From Naegleria gruberi (Eukaryota), in NCBI GenBank assembly GCA_000004985.1, contig GG738873.1: a stretch of 64,000 bases of DNA; one strand, given 5' to 3'. Made by a program: the position numbers and the translations under genes. This document shows, in pieces, positions 11,223 through 21,800 of this stretch. The notes beneath the pieces are model-generated. The model saw only the letters and a program-made list of their open reading frames with translations. It was not told the DNA's origin and did no database searches. The first letter of the stretch is position 1; every line of letters starts with the position of its first letter.

Positions 11223-13073
11223 ATGTCATCATTGATAGATTGTGACAACACCTCTCAACACTATGAATATCTCCCCGAACAGCAATTACACTCACTAAAA
11301 ATCACACCAAATCATGATCACCAACCTTCTACAGCAAGAATTTCACTTCCCGTGATGAATACTCATGATGAGAATATTCAAATTGAAATTAATTCTGATG
11401 ATTATAATATTGATGAGATTAGTGTCGTGTTCTCGGGAGGAAATTTATCCGTGAACAAATGTTACTTGAAGGTGAAGAAGAAGTGTAATGAAAGGTTTGT
11501 TGTGAAATTGAGAGAATTGGAATGTTGTGATTTGATAATTATGAATGAATCGAAAGGGAAGATTGTGTTGGAATATGATTGTTTAATATTAAATCGATTG
11601 GAAATTTCGAATAACCAACAAGAAGAAGAAACGGTAGTGGAAAATCATAGTGATGTTGATTTTTGTGAATTGATAATTGGAGACGGTTGTCAATTTGAGA
11701 ATTATGCCAACTTGCAAGTGTTGAATTTATTGAAGGGTGAAGGATTGGTTAGAAATTTGGGAATGATGTTTTTTGGAAAGGATGTAGAAATCGAGTTGAA
11801 TAATTTGGAAAGTGTTGGAATTGTCAAATTTCCACAATTAGAAAGTTTTGTAAAAGAATTTAAATTAATTAATGGCGAAAGTGAACAAAATTTTACAGAA
11901 CCATTGCCTAGAGGATACAATTATCTCAACAGAGTTGCCCTTTTGAAGGGACTGATAGGGAAGAATACTAAAACCAAAAAACCACAAATTCTCTCCGACT
12001 CAATTCTAGAATATTTAAAGGAAAATCCTGTTAATTCATCAGATGATTTATCTGAGAAGGTGAATGAATATCTATTGAGAGTAGGTGGTACTGAGTACGT
12101 CTCTACATGGGTCTCAACTATTGCCCCGAATATTAGAAAAACACCATCCGCACAAGGTGAAATAAGTGAAAAATTAGAACCATGGACCACTGTTAATGTC
12201 AAATCGATTTATTGTGGAGCTGGAGAGAATGAATTCTGGGCATGCTTGGGAGAAGAGGCCTTTGTATCAACAGATTTTTTGAAAATTAAGCCAAAAGTCA
12301 ATCATCTACTCTATCCTAACATGAAAGGGAGTGATTTACTATCAATCTATGGACCGAACGAACCATTCCTCAACGATAACTTGAAAAATCAATCCAATCA
12401 AGAAATCATTGTTGTAAATACTCCAATATTGGACAGTAATTTACAGTCTATTGGAGAAAAACTTGCTGGAGATTTGGTAACGGTTTATGAATTTACTGAA
12501 ATTAATGGAAAATCACTTGTAAAAATATCTCCTGATGAGGAACATTATATTGAATCGGATTATCTTTCCTCTGAGATGGATAAGAATCTCCTCAATAGGA
12601 ATATTCGAGCATTCCTCGAATTAATTGCCTTTTGTGAAGCTACCTATACATTCGGATACAATCGACTCGTGAATGGAACACCAACCACTGATCCATTCCA
12701 AACATGCTACTCACACGGCATTGTCAATATCACAAGTAATCTCAATACTCATCCGTTCATTCTCGTCTCCCTTAATGCCACTCTAAAATCAACAGCAGCT
12801 GGAAAATATCAATATTTGAATAGAACTTGGCATTCCCTCCCTAAAGAAATTCACAACAATCTCTTTACACCATATGGACAAGACAGAGGAGCCATTGCAC
12901 TTTTAATGAGACGTGAAAGTCTTCAAGCCATCAAACAAGGCAATATTGAACTGGCCCTTAATTTATGTAATAAGGAATGGGCAAGTTTTCCAAACTCACC
13001 ATATGGTCAACCCACTAAAAAGATGGAAGAATGCTTGAAAAAATATTCAGACTTTCTATCAAGATTACAATGA
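11223..13073 (+). CDS. Hypothetical 616-aa protein; the C-terminal ~170 aa resemble the C-terminal lobe of phage T4-type (GH24) lysozyme
   Basis: ATG 11223 is the first codon after an in-frame TAA at 11208, and the ORF ends at TGA 13071-13073. The C-terminus reads ...DRGAIALLMRRESLQAIKQGNIELALNLCNKEWASFPNSPYGQ. This compares with T4L ...[30 protein letters not shown]. An FCEATYTFGY segment is a possible catalytic-Glu region. The resemblance is weak and the N-terminal 400 aa are unassigned. The gene starts only 26 nt after the stop of the preceding kinase gene. Confidence 0.65.
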   Translation: MSSLIDCDNTSQHYEYLPEQQLHSLKITPNHDHQPSTARISLPVMNTHDENIQIEINSDDYNIDEISVVFSGGNLSVNKCYLKVKKKCNERFVVKLRELECCDLIIMNESKGKIVLEYDCLILNRLEISNNQQEEETVVENHSDVDFCELIIGDGCQFENYANLQVLNLLKGEGLVRNLGMMFFGKDVEIELNNLESVGIVKFPQLESFVKEFKLINGESEQNFTEPLPRGYNYLNRVALLKGLIGKNTKTKKPQILSDSILEYLKENPVNSSDDLSEKVNEYLLRVGGTEYVSTWVSTIAPNIRKTPSAQGEISEKLEPWTTVNVKSIYCGAGENEFWACLGEEAFVSTDFLKIKPKVNHLLYPNMKGSDLLSIYGPNEPFLNDNLKNQSNQEIIVVNTPILDSNLQSIGEKLAGDLVTVYEFTEINGKSLVKISPDEEHYIESDYLSSEMDKNLLNRNIRAFLELIAFCEATYTFGYNRLVNGTPTTDPFQTCYSHGIVNITSNLNTHPFILVSLNATLKSTAAGKYQYLNRTWHSLPKEIHNNLFTPYGQDRGAIALLMRRESLQAIKQGNIELALNLCNKEWASFPNSPYGQPTKKMEECLKKYSDFLSRLQ

Positions 13074-13168
13074 AAATCAAAAACTATTAAATCAAAATTT
13101 TTCAAACATCTTTTGCCCTCACATGGATGAGCACAAACGGAGAAGTAAAAATAAAACTTTAAAAAAAA

Positions 13169-13999
13169 ATGAGAATCTTGTCCGTACTTGCAAAATCCAA
13201 AACTTTAATTTCCTTCCACAACTCGGCAGCCAAATCATCGTCATCACTGCTTTTCGGAAAACAAATAAAGAAAAATGGAAATTTAATTAAGAATATTCAA
13301 TACAATTATCAACAGGAGAGAAATATATTTATTAGAACAAAGGAAACACCAAATCCTGCCAGTATTCAATTTTATCCTATGGAAGTGAAAGTGCTGGATG
13401 AGAAGGTGTATCCAGACATTTCTTCATTGGAAATTACTAATCCGTTGCAATCATATGTATCTCCTCTTGCCAAGACACTTTTTAAAATTGATGGAGTGAA
13501 GAGTGTATTTCTCTGTAGAGATTTTCTTACTGTAACAATTGATGATCCAACCAATTGGACCGATGTAAAACATGATGTATTCTCAAGTTTGAATAACTTT
13601 TTTGAGAGTGGAGGTATTGTATTAAATAGAGATGCTCAACCAAATCCTGATACAATGGTTCAGGAAGGAGATGATGAAATAATTATTGCAGTGAAGGAAA
13701 TTTTGGAAACTAGAATTCGTCCTATGGTTCAAGAAGATGGTGGTGATATTGTATTTTCGAGATTTGATGAAGAAACTGGTACTGTTTATGTCAAATTACA
13801 AGGAAGTTGTGCCAGTTGTCCAAGCTCTACAGAAACCTTAAAGAATGGTATTGAAAATATGCTCATGCATTATATTGCAGAAGTGAATGCTGTAGAACAA
13901 GAATTGGACGAATTAGATCAAATTAGTGAAGATCAATTGAAAAAGACTGAAGAAAAGCTTGCCAAAGAAAAGGAAATTATTGATCATTATACTAAATAA
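13169..13999 (+). CDS. NFU1: NFU1-type iron-sulfur cluster scaffold protein (mitochondrial)
   Basis: The 276-aa ORF has a presequence-like N-terminus. It carries an Nfu_N domain (TPNPASIQFYPMEVKVLDE...) and a NifU C-domain with a CxxC motif (YVKLQGSCASCPSSTETLKNGIENML). Confidence 0.9.
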   Translation: MRILSVLAKSKTLISFHNSAAKSSSSLLFGKQIKKNGNLIKNIQYNYQQERNIFIRTKETPNPASIQFYPMEVKVLDEKVYPDISSLEITNPLQSYVSPLAKTLFKIDGVKSVFLCRDFLTVTIDDPTNWTDVKHDVFSSLNNFFESGGIVLNRDAQPNPDTMVQEGDDEIIIAVKEILETRIRPMVQEDGGDIVFSRFDEETGTVYVKLQGSCASCPSSTETLKNGIENMLMHYIAEVNAVEQELDELDQISEDQLKKTEEKLAKEKEIIDHYTK

Positions 14000-14141
14000 A
14001 TGAATTTTCTTTCTTGGATTCTTTTTAAATGAAATTTTAAAGGGTATCATTGGATTATTTAAAAGAGAAACACTTCCATTTTACTTAGAGTTATTATTTA
14101 TTTAATTATTATTCAAAAAGAATTATTCTCGAGTTAAAGGT

Positions 14142-15773
14142 TTAAGCAATAAAGCAAACAGTTGTAATATCATCGAACTTGCCACCAAGTTGGCCAATCG
14201 CAACAGCGAATGGTGTTCTGGCCCATCTATTGAGTGCAACAGTTCTGGCTTCAAGAGTTACTCTTCTAGCCAACTCGCAAGCTTGCAATTCACCTCCAGG
14301 AGTACCTTGAGAAGAATTGGCAAGTAAATTATCTTTCATGTCCCATATTAAATTTCCAACAGATTCTGGGAAGAGATTATCCCAAACGCCATCAGTTGCC
14401 ATCACAAGAACATCATCCTTTTCCAATTTGATTTCTTCATCAACAGCATGTTCTGGCAAATCATGGTAGGCGGTACTATTCCCTGGTGGAACAACACCAA
14501 GTTGGAATGGACAATTGAAATAATGTTGTTTTTCCTTAGTTTGGAAAATACAGGCTCCTTCTCTAAAAACTGCAAGGCCTGAATCTCCCAAGTTAGATGT
14601 TCTCAAAATTTTAGTATTCTTGTCGTAGGAAGCAATCGAAGCTGTGGTACTTCCAGCAAGAACTTGTCTTTCATTTACAATTAAATCATATGCCATTTGT
14701 AAAATCTTGTTTGGATTACTCAAAAGTTGGCTATCACCACCCTCACAAACAAGTTTGGCATTGTACATGAGCTGGTTACTGATGAGAGATGGATCAACTC
14801 CAACCTCGGCCCAACCTCCAACACCATCAGCAACACCAATAATTGTATAATTATCATTCTCAAAAGTGAAGAAGGCATCTTCTCCGCATTGTTCCTTATA
14901 ATCAGAAGAATCTAATGATTTTGGTGCAGCAAATTTCTTTCCAACTCCAAAACCACATGCTTGTTTGGCATGACTCTCAATGGTAAAATCAAATTCGGAA
15001 GGTATTGAAGCACCAACAGGTTTTTCTTGTTGTTGTTGTTTTCTGTACAAATATTGTGGTACGTCACTAGTAGTGGATGGTTTAGCATTCTGAACACAGG
15101 TATTTAAATTATTGTAGGATTGGTATTTGAGTGGGATCATTCCTAGGAGAGATGAATGGAAATGTTTAAAAATGTTGTTAGTAGAGGTATTAGTTGTGGT
15201 GGTGGTGGAGGAAACTGTCCAATTGCTATTATTAAACAAGTGGGTTGGCAAAACTGATCGAACTAAACTATGACTATTACTTAAAGCCTTTGAAGCAAGA
15301 CAAGTTGTAGTTTTTTGAAACATGGGTTCAGAAGCTTGATCTGATGAAGGTAAATCCGACTGAGAAGTTGTAGTAGAGGTACAAAACAAGTCCTTGTATT
15401 TTTTGTTTTGTTGTTCTGCTGCTGCTTCAGAGTGGATGAATAAAGTTGCTGCTGTTGTTGTAGCTGGTGTGTTGAGTGTTAAATTATTGCTCTTACTGCC
15501 TGCTGCTGAATGTTGAAAGGAGGAAATGGATAAATTATCTTCTTCTTCTTCAATAAAATCGAATAAATCTTCAATGTATTGTGGATGTTGGGAGTAACTT
15601 GGACTGTCTGGGTTTTCAAAAGAGGTATTAGATGGTTTTTGATTAATTTGACTTGTTGCTGCTTCAGAGGTAAAAGTATCAGCACTATTTGTTGCTTTTG
15701 TAGGGGTTAGCAAGGATGAGAATGGAAAACTATTTGAAGAAGGTAGAGACAATGATTGGTTTTGAGAGGCCAC
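14142..15773 (-). CDS. PP2C-family (PTC7/SpoIIE-like) protein phosphatase with a long N-terminal Ser/Thr/Asn-rich low-complexity extension
   Basis: The C-terminal catalytic region carries the motifs GVADGVGGW, GSTTASIASYD, NLGDSG, ATDGVWDNL and DDITTVCFIA. The ORF-track start at 15773 is GTG. The first in-frame ATG is at 15323 (MFQKTT...). The open frame upstream of 15773 has no ATG and is preceded by a strong acceptor-like ttcttcacttcag, so the 5' end is unresolved. Confidence 0.8.
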   Translation of the reverse strand: MASQNQSLSLPSSNSFPFSSLLTPTKATNSADTFTSEAATSQINQKPSNTSFENPDSPSYSQHPQYIEDLFDFIEEEEDNLSISSFQHSAAGSKSNNLTLNTPATTTAATLFIHSEAAAEQQNKKYKDLFCTSTTTSQSDLPSSDQASEPMFQKTTTCLASKALSNSHSLVRSVLPTHLFNNSNWTVSSTTTTTNTSTNNIFKHFHSSLLGMIPLKYQSYNNLNTCVQNAKPSTTSDVPQYLYRKQQQQEKPVGASIPSEFDFTIESHAKQACGFGVGKKFAAPKSLDSSDYKEQCGEDAFFTFENDNYTIIGVADGVGGWAEVGVDPSLISNQLMYNAKLVCEGGDSQLLSNPNKILQMAYDLIVNERQVLAGSTTASIASYDKNTKILRTSNLGDSGLAVFREGACIFQTKEKQHYFNCPFQLGVVPPGNSTAYHDLPEHAVDEEIKLEKDDVLVMATDGVWDNLFPESVGNLIWDMKDNLLANSSQGTPGGELQACELARRVTLEARTVALNRWARTPFAVAIGQLGGKFDDITTVCFIA

Positions 15774-16775
15774 TTTCCGATATTGATTAAACTTAGCCTG
15801 AAGTGAAGAAGATGTTAGCTAGTTTTTTTTTTTTAAATTTAAATGAAAGATGGTAAAGTATGGCGCTTAAAAACTACAATTCTCTAAAAATAGAGTCGAT
15901 TTAAGAGTGGAAAAACAAAAAATAGTGGAACTCAAGTTGATTGTTTTAGTTTACATTGAAAAACATTTTTAAGAGAAGGAGTTGAACTGTAACCTCATAA
16001 ATTCCCCACCAGATTGTAAACATTAAGAAGATGGAGTTGTACAACAAAAAATATAAATATTAATAATTGCTTTCAAGAGGTGAGATCTCTGAACAAGAAC
16101 AAACTTATGATGTTGTTCATAATAGTATATTTATTGAATTTTTAAATATCGATTTTATGCATTTTCATGGTTTTTAACAGAGAGCAGCAACAATTATGTT
16201 TACAATACTGTAGTTGAACGTTACAAATAAGGTGATAGAACAATCAACACCTGCCCTCTTTAATATATTAAACCTTCCTATTCGGAAATAGAATAAGCTC
16301 ATAAAATAAGAAAGCACACGGAAGCGTTTACAATAAGTGTTGGATGCCACCAATCGCTTATTTACAATGGTATAATCGTAGATATTATATTCATTATCAG
16401 ACATCTGTCCTAGTAATCAATTAAAATTGCTTGATGGAAAGCAATTACAAGCTATCAACATTGAAAATAATTGAATTTATCTCTTACGATTCTCGGCATT
16501 GCTAGGGCCCAAGTGTTAATTTATCTCTTTAAAGCTTGCCAAAACGGAATAATTTAACGCGTTGCATCTCTCACGAAAGAATATTCTTCGGACTCTTGTT
16601 TACACAACACCATAAAGAAACGAAAAATTTGAAAAAAACAACTAACGCATAACAGCTAATTTAACCAGTAGAGAGAGATTTAATTCCGCATTCAATATCA
16701 CAATAGCAAACAACAACAACTAAAGCACACTCATTAGACGACTCTGAACCCTCCATCACTATTAGCTATCACAAA

Positions 16776-18296
16776 ATGCTAAGTAACAATAATAATATCA
16801 AAGTAGAAGAAGAAATTTTGAATGAGTCCAATATTCAACAAGAAGAATCACTCTTCCTTGAAAAACCAAAGAGAAGACAAGGAAAGAAGAGTGTCAAGCT
16901 TGTAGAAGAACCTATTATTGCTGCTTCTACATCTTCAGAAGATACCAATAATAACAATGATAACGAAGAAGAAGAAGAAGAAGCAGATGATGAATATTCC
17001 GCAGATGACATCTCAGCAGGTACTCATGGTAGTAATCCTTCTAGACAATGGCAAAAGGATGACACTTTTAATAATCAAGCAGGTTATTGCATCTCTGTGG
17101 GTATTACTACCCGTGATGAAAGTTTACCAATTTATGACACTCCTTGCAAAATGTACTCTAGTTTACGTTACAAGCTTCAATATAAGTGTGTCATTGTCAC
17201 ATCAGGATTGTCTGCCAGTTCAACTCCTAAACTCTTAATGTGTCGTGTCACAGTCATTGATGAAGAAACTAGTAAGGAAATTAAGAAAGATAACAAACCA
17301 ATCATTGATGATTCTCTCATTTCACTCAAATGCACAAGTACAAATGCCACTGCTGGTCAATCATTGGTATTTGAAGCCAATCACAAGATTAAATTCAAGA
17401 GTGTTTCATTCCATCATAATAAGAGCAAGTGGAGATTATTACTTCAACTCTTCTCTGACTCTAACCAAAGCATTAATACACCAGTACTTGTCATTAAGAG
17501 TGCTCCATTCCAAGTATACGCAAGAAGACCAAAGGTTTCTGAAAGAGATTCCACCAATGGTCTCCTCACCTCTACACCAGTTCCAACATCAAAGGAAGAA
17601 AAGAAACAAAAGAAGAAGAAGAATGAATTAAAAAAGAGAAAGAGATCTGCCTCAATGGCTAGTAAGGACATTGCTCCTCCAAAGATAGAAAAGCCATCCA
17701 CTGATGAAGAAACTAATGCACCAACCATTCCAATAGTATCAACTGAATCTTGTATTGCAAGTTCATCCAAGGATGCTCCAATCATTACTGAACCAACCAT
17801 TGCCAGCTCATCAACTTCAACCACCACATCTGATCCAACTCTTGTCAAGGAAGAACCAATCTCTCACACTGAAACCAAGACCTCCATCAAACAAAAGAAA
17901 AAGCTCCTTGATAACTTTTCCAAGACACTTGATACTCTCTTAAAGTTCCACTCAGAGATGGACGATGACAGTAAGAGACTTGCATTTGAAATGTTGCAAC
18001 AAAGAATGTACAATCACTTTTATTCTGATTTGGTGCAGCAACATGAATGGATGGCCCAACAAATGGCAATTCAACATCAACACCAACAAATGCAAGATAA
18101 CTTGTCGCCCCAAAATATTGAAACAGACCATGCTGTTCTTGAAGCTGGTTCTGCAGATGATATCATTGTTCAATGTGATAATGAATCTACCCACTATAAT
18201 GACCATATGGAACATGATCACTTTTTGAACATGTGTGACAGTGGCTCATTCGAAGATAATATGATTTTACACAATGATTACCATCCATTTATTTAA
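16776..18296 (+). CDS. Hypothetical nuclear protein: acidic N-terminus, beta-rich central domain (possibly p53-like/NDT80-like fold), basic NLS cluster
   Basis: The 506-aa ORF runs from ATG 16776 to TAA 18296. An acidic stretch reads NNNNDNEEEEEEADDEY. The central segment ...KFKSVSFHHNKSKWRLLLQLF...PVLVIKSAPFQVYARRPK is reminiscent of DNA-binding beta-sandwich factors. A KKQKKKKNELKKRKRS segment looks like an NLS. ORFs nested in other frames were ignored. The domain call is speculative. Confidence 0.65.
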   Translation: MLSNNNNIKVEEEILNESNIQQEESLFLEKPKRRQGKKSVKLVEEPIIAASTSSEDTNNNNDNEEEEEEADDEYSADDISAGTHGSNPSRQWQKDDTFNNQAGYCISVGITTRDESLPIYDTPCKMYSSLRYKLQYKCVIVTSGLSASSTPKLLMCRVTVIDEETSKEIKKDNKPIIDDSLISLKCTSTNATAGQSLVFEANHKIKFKSVSFHHNKSKWRLLLQLFSDSNQSINTPVLVIKSAPFQVYARRPKVSERDSTNGLLTSTPVPTSKEEKKQKKKKNELKKRKRSASMASKDIAPPKIEKPSTDEETNAPTIPIVSTESCIASSSKDAPIITEPTIASSSTSTTTSDPTLVKEEPISHTETKTSIKQKKKLLDNFSKTLDTLLKFHSEMDDDSKRLAFEMLQQRMYNHFYSDLVQQHEWMAQQMAIQHQHQQMQDNLSPQNIETDHAVLEAGSADDIIVQCDNESTHYNDHMEHDHFLNMCDSGSFEDNMILHNDYHPFI

Positions 18297-18879
18297 ATGA
18301 CCCAATTGTTGGGTCATGTAATGGTGATCCACAATTTTTGTACAGTATATTGTTAACTAACTGAAATATTTCGGCCTTTTTCCATATGTTGTAAATAAAC
18401 ATGAGTATCCTTTTAATTATTATTAATTAGAACAATTTTTTTAATGCAATTGTAAATGTTTGGAAAGTGCATCATACCTTCTTAACAGTTCCAAAAACTT
18501 CTCTATTTCACCATTTATGGATCCTCAAATTTCTGCTTCCCACATCTAACAAATTGGTCTTTTTGCAATTCTATTGACAATGAAAGAAGTTGTTTCTAAA
18601 AGCTAGAAAATTATCTGGATATCTGAATATCTCGTTCATTTTGTATTGAATAAACTTCAATATTGTGCCATTCACATTGTCACAAATAACACTACTTCAA
18701 ACTTTCTTTGCAGTGCTCACTCATGTTCATAAACAACCGTTTGAAACTTGAACAAGTACATGAATGAGATTGCAAGTCCGATCTTTATATTGGCAACTGA
18801 ACTCCATGGAGAGTAGTATCTTGTGCCCGACCTTTCCTTGTGGAGAGACCAAGAACAAAGACCAATAACTTTCAAAAAA

Positions 18880-21800
18880 ATGGACAAATTGAAACTCAAC
18901 AACACTAATAGCTCAACATTCTTGCTACTATTGTTGTTTTTGCACTTGTTGTTTCTTGCTGCCCAACCAATTGTCCACGGTCAATCTTTATACCATGTAA
19001 AAACCATAGCAGGTAGTTATCCCTATGGTTACAATGGTGATGACATTGAACCTACCAAGGCAGAAATCACCCTACCTGATGGTCTTGCACTCTCTCCAAG
19101 CAACAATGGTGACATTTTCATAGTTGACAAGATAAATTGTCGAGTGAGACAAGTAGTGGCAAGTAGTGGTAAAATTAAAACAATTGTTGGTGTGGGTATT
19201 CCTGGTTCTGTCACGACAACTATAGCAACTATGGCTCGTTTGAATTATCCTAGTGCACTTGCTTTTCAGAACAGTGATGTCATGTACTTGTCTGATAATA
19301 GTCATGTTATTCGAAAGGTAGTATTATCTAGTAATTTGATTAGTACATATGCTGGTCAAGTTGGTGTACCAGGGAGTATTGGAGATGATGGAGTAGCTAT
19401 CAATGCACTGTTGAATACACCAAGTGGAATTGCCATCTCTCCTGTGAATAATAATTTATATATTGCAGATACCTCAAATAACAAAATTCGTGTGGTTTCG
19501 TATACGGATGGTATCATTAGAACATTTGCTGGAGGTGGAACAGATACATCCACTGTGGTACAGGATGCAACTAATGCACAGTTTAACTTCCCCACTTCCA
19601 TTGCAATCTCTAATAGTGGAGAAGTTTACATTGGCGATGACAAGATTAGAAAGGTGTTCAATAATGGCACCAGTGTACTTCTGTTCACTTCTTTTGGACT
19701 CTCTGGCCAGACTAATACAGTTTATGGAATGGCAGTATCTCCAATAACTGGTGCTCTCTATGTTACTGTTTCAGATAGAGTATACATGATTCAATCGAAT
19801 GGAGTTGCAACATTAATAGCTGGATCAGGAGCTGGCTATGCTGGAGACAATCAATTGGCATCCAATGCCATGTTCAGAGTCACAAGAGGCATTGCTATAT
19901 CCTCAAGTGGGGAGATTTTCATTTCTGATGGTGGAAATAACAGAGTTAGAAAGATTAACACCAACAATATCATCGCCACCGTAGCTGGAACAGGTTCCAA
20001 TCTTGCCTACAATGGTGATAATATTGAGGCAGTGAAGGCAAAACTCTTTGGCCCAGAATCGGTTGCTGTCGCTCCAAATAATGAGGTTATTGTGGCCGAC
20101 ACAAGAAATGATAGATTGAGAAAGATTTCACTTGGTGGAATAATCACAACCATTACTCCAAGTTATAGTTCACCCAGATCTCCTCTCGTGCCCAATGTAG
20201 GGGAGTACTATTTTGTTGATTCGTCAACTGTGAAATATCTCATATCTTCTAGTGGCATTGTAATAACTAAAGCTGGATCTGGAACTACTGGATACAATGC
20301 TGATAACATTCCCGCTACAAGTGCTCATTTAAATTTTCCAAAAGGAATTGCCAGATCCACAAATGGAGATTTGTTCATTACCGATTCTGGAAATCATCGA
20401 ATTAGAAAAGTGTTTTTAAATCAGACCATCATTACTGTAGCTGGTACTGGTACTTCTGCCTACAATGGAGATGGGCTATTAGCAACTAGTGCCAATATTA
20501 ATAATCCATATGGAATTGTACTGACCTCTAATAATGAAGTTATTTTTTCAGAGTATGAAGGCCATCGAGTGAGAAAAATTCTCAATGATGGAACCCTCAT
20601 TACCATTGCAGGAACTGGGGTGGATGGGTATAGTGGGGAGAATTTGAGCGGTTCTAATTCAATGTTGAGATATCCTGCTGGTCTTGCCATTTTATCCAAT
20701 GATGAACTATTGATTTCTGATTCCCAAAACCATGCCATTAGGAAATTATTTAAGAATGGAACTTTGATAACCATTGCTGGTACTGCACCACTGTATGGAT
20801 ACAATGGTGAGAATTTGCACCCTTTGGAAACTCAATTTTATGGACCAATGGGTGTAGCTCTATCTGCTGATGAATCTAAAATTTTCATTGCTGACACAAG
20901 TAATGGAAAGGTGAGAGCGATCTCTTTTGGTTGTGACCTACAGAATCAATGTAGTGGGCATGGAGATTGTGCAGTGAACAATTGTTCGTGTTATTCTGGT
21001 TGGAGAGGAAGTTCTGATTGCTCTCTCTTCTCATGTGAAACATTGAATGCCTGCTCTGGACTTGGTACATGTGTGAGTAATAATACATGCTCATGTACTA
21101 GTGGATGGAAGGGAAGCCTCGATTGTTCCCACTTCTCATGTGAAACATTGAACAATTGTTCAGGGCATGGTGCATGTGTAGGTCCCAATACATGTTCATG
21201 TGATTTGGGGTGGAAGGGAAGCCTCGATTGTTCTTTCTCATGTGAAAAATTGAATGCCTGCTCTGGACATGGTGTCTGTGTGAGCAATAATACGTGTGTT
21301 TGCGATTCTGGTTGGAAGGGAAGTCTGGATTGCAATCTCCCTTCCTGTGAAATGTTTAAAAATTGTTCAGGACATGGCTCTTGTTTGAGTAGTAATACAT
21401 GTTCGTGCTTGAGTGGATGGAAGGGAAGCCTAGATTGTTCCCTATTCTCTTGTGATGCTGTGAAAAATTGTAGTGGAAATGGAACATGTACATCAAGTAA
21501 TGGTTGTTCATGCCTGGAAGGATATGGTGGATTGAGTTGTGATAATAGAATTGTTCCTCCTACCTATGTCTCTCCACTTGCATCCAAGAATGGTCCAGTT
21601 ACTACTACAGGTAATTCTAACATTGGATTGATTGTTGGATTGGTTGTGGGTTTAACATTATTGGTATTGTTAATATTGCTTGCAATCATTGTTACCATCT
21701 GTCTCATTGTGAAATTAAAGAAGAAGAAAAGCAAACCACTGGTTACTAATGAAGAACCAATTGAAATGATAACAACCATTGATGAAAATGTTACTCAAAC

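Noticed and set aside
16918-18228. ORF-track entries nested in alternative frames or on the antisense strand of the 16776..18296 gene (16918..17238, 17245..17631, 17444..17848, 17755..17943, 17887..18221, 17965..18228)
   Set aside because: They overlap a longer, compositionally coherent ORF. Their translations are low-complexity or hydrophobic artefacts of AT-rich sequence with no motifs. The same reasoning rejects nested ORFs inside the CLU, kinase and giant membrane protein genes (for example 25117..25425, 26571..26897, 58209..58943).
20933-21543. Possible CRISPR-like array suggested by regular ~95-nt periodicity
   Set aside because: The repeats are in-frame coding units, EGF modules with conserved Cys spacing, inside a long ORF. 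There are no short direct repeats with unique spacers and no cas genes. The genome is eukaryotic.
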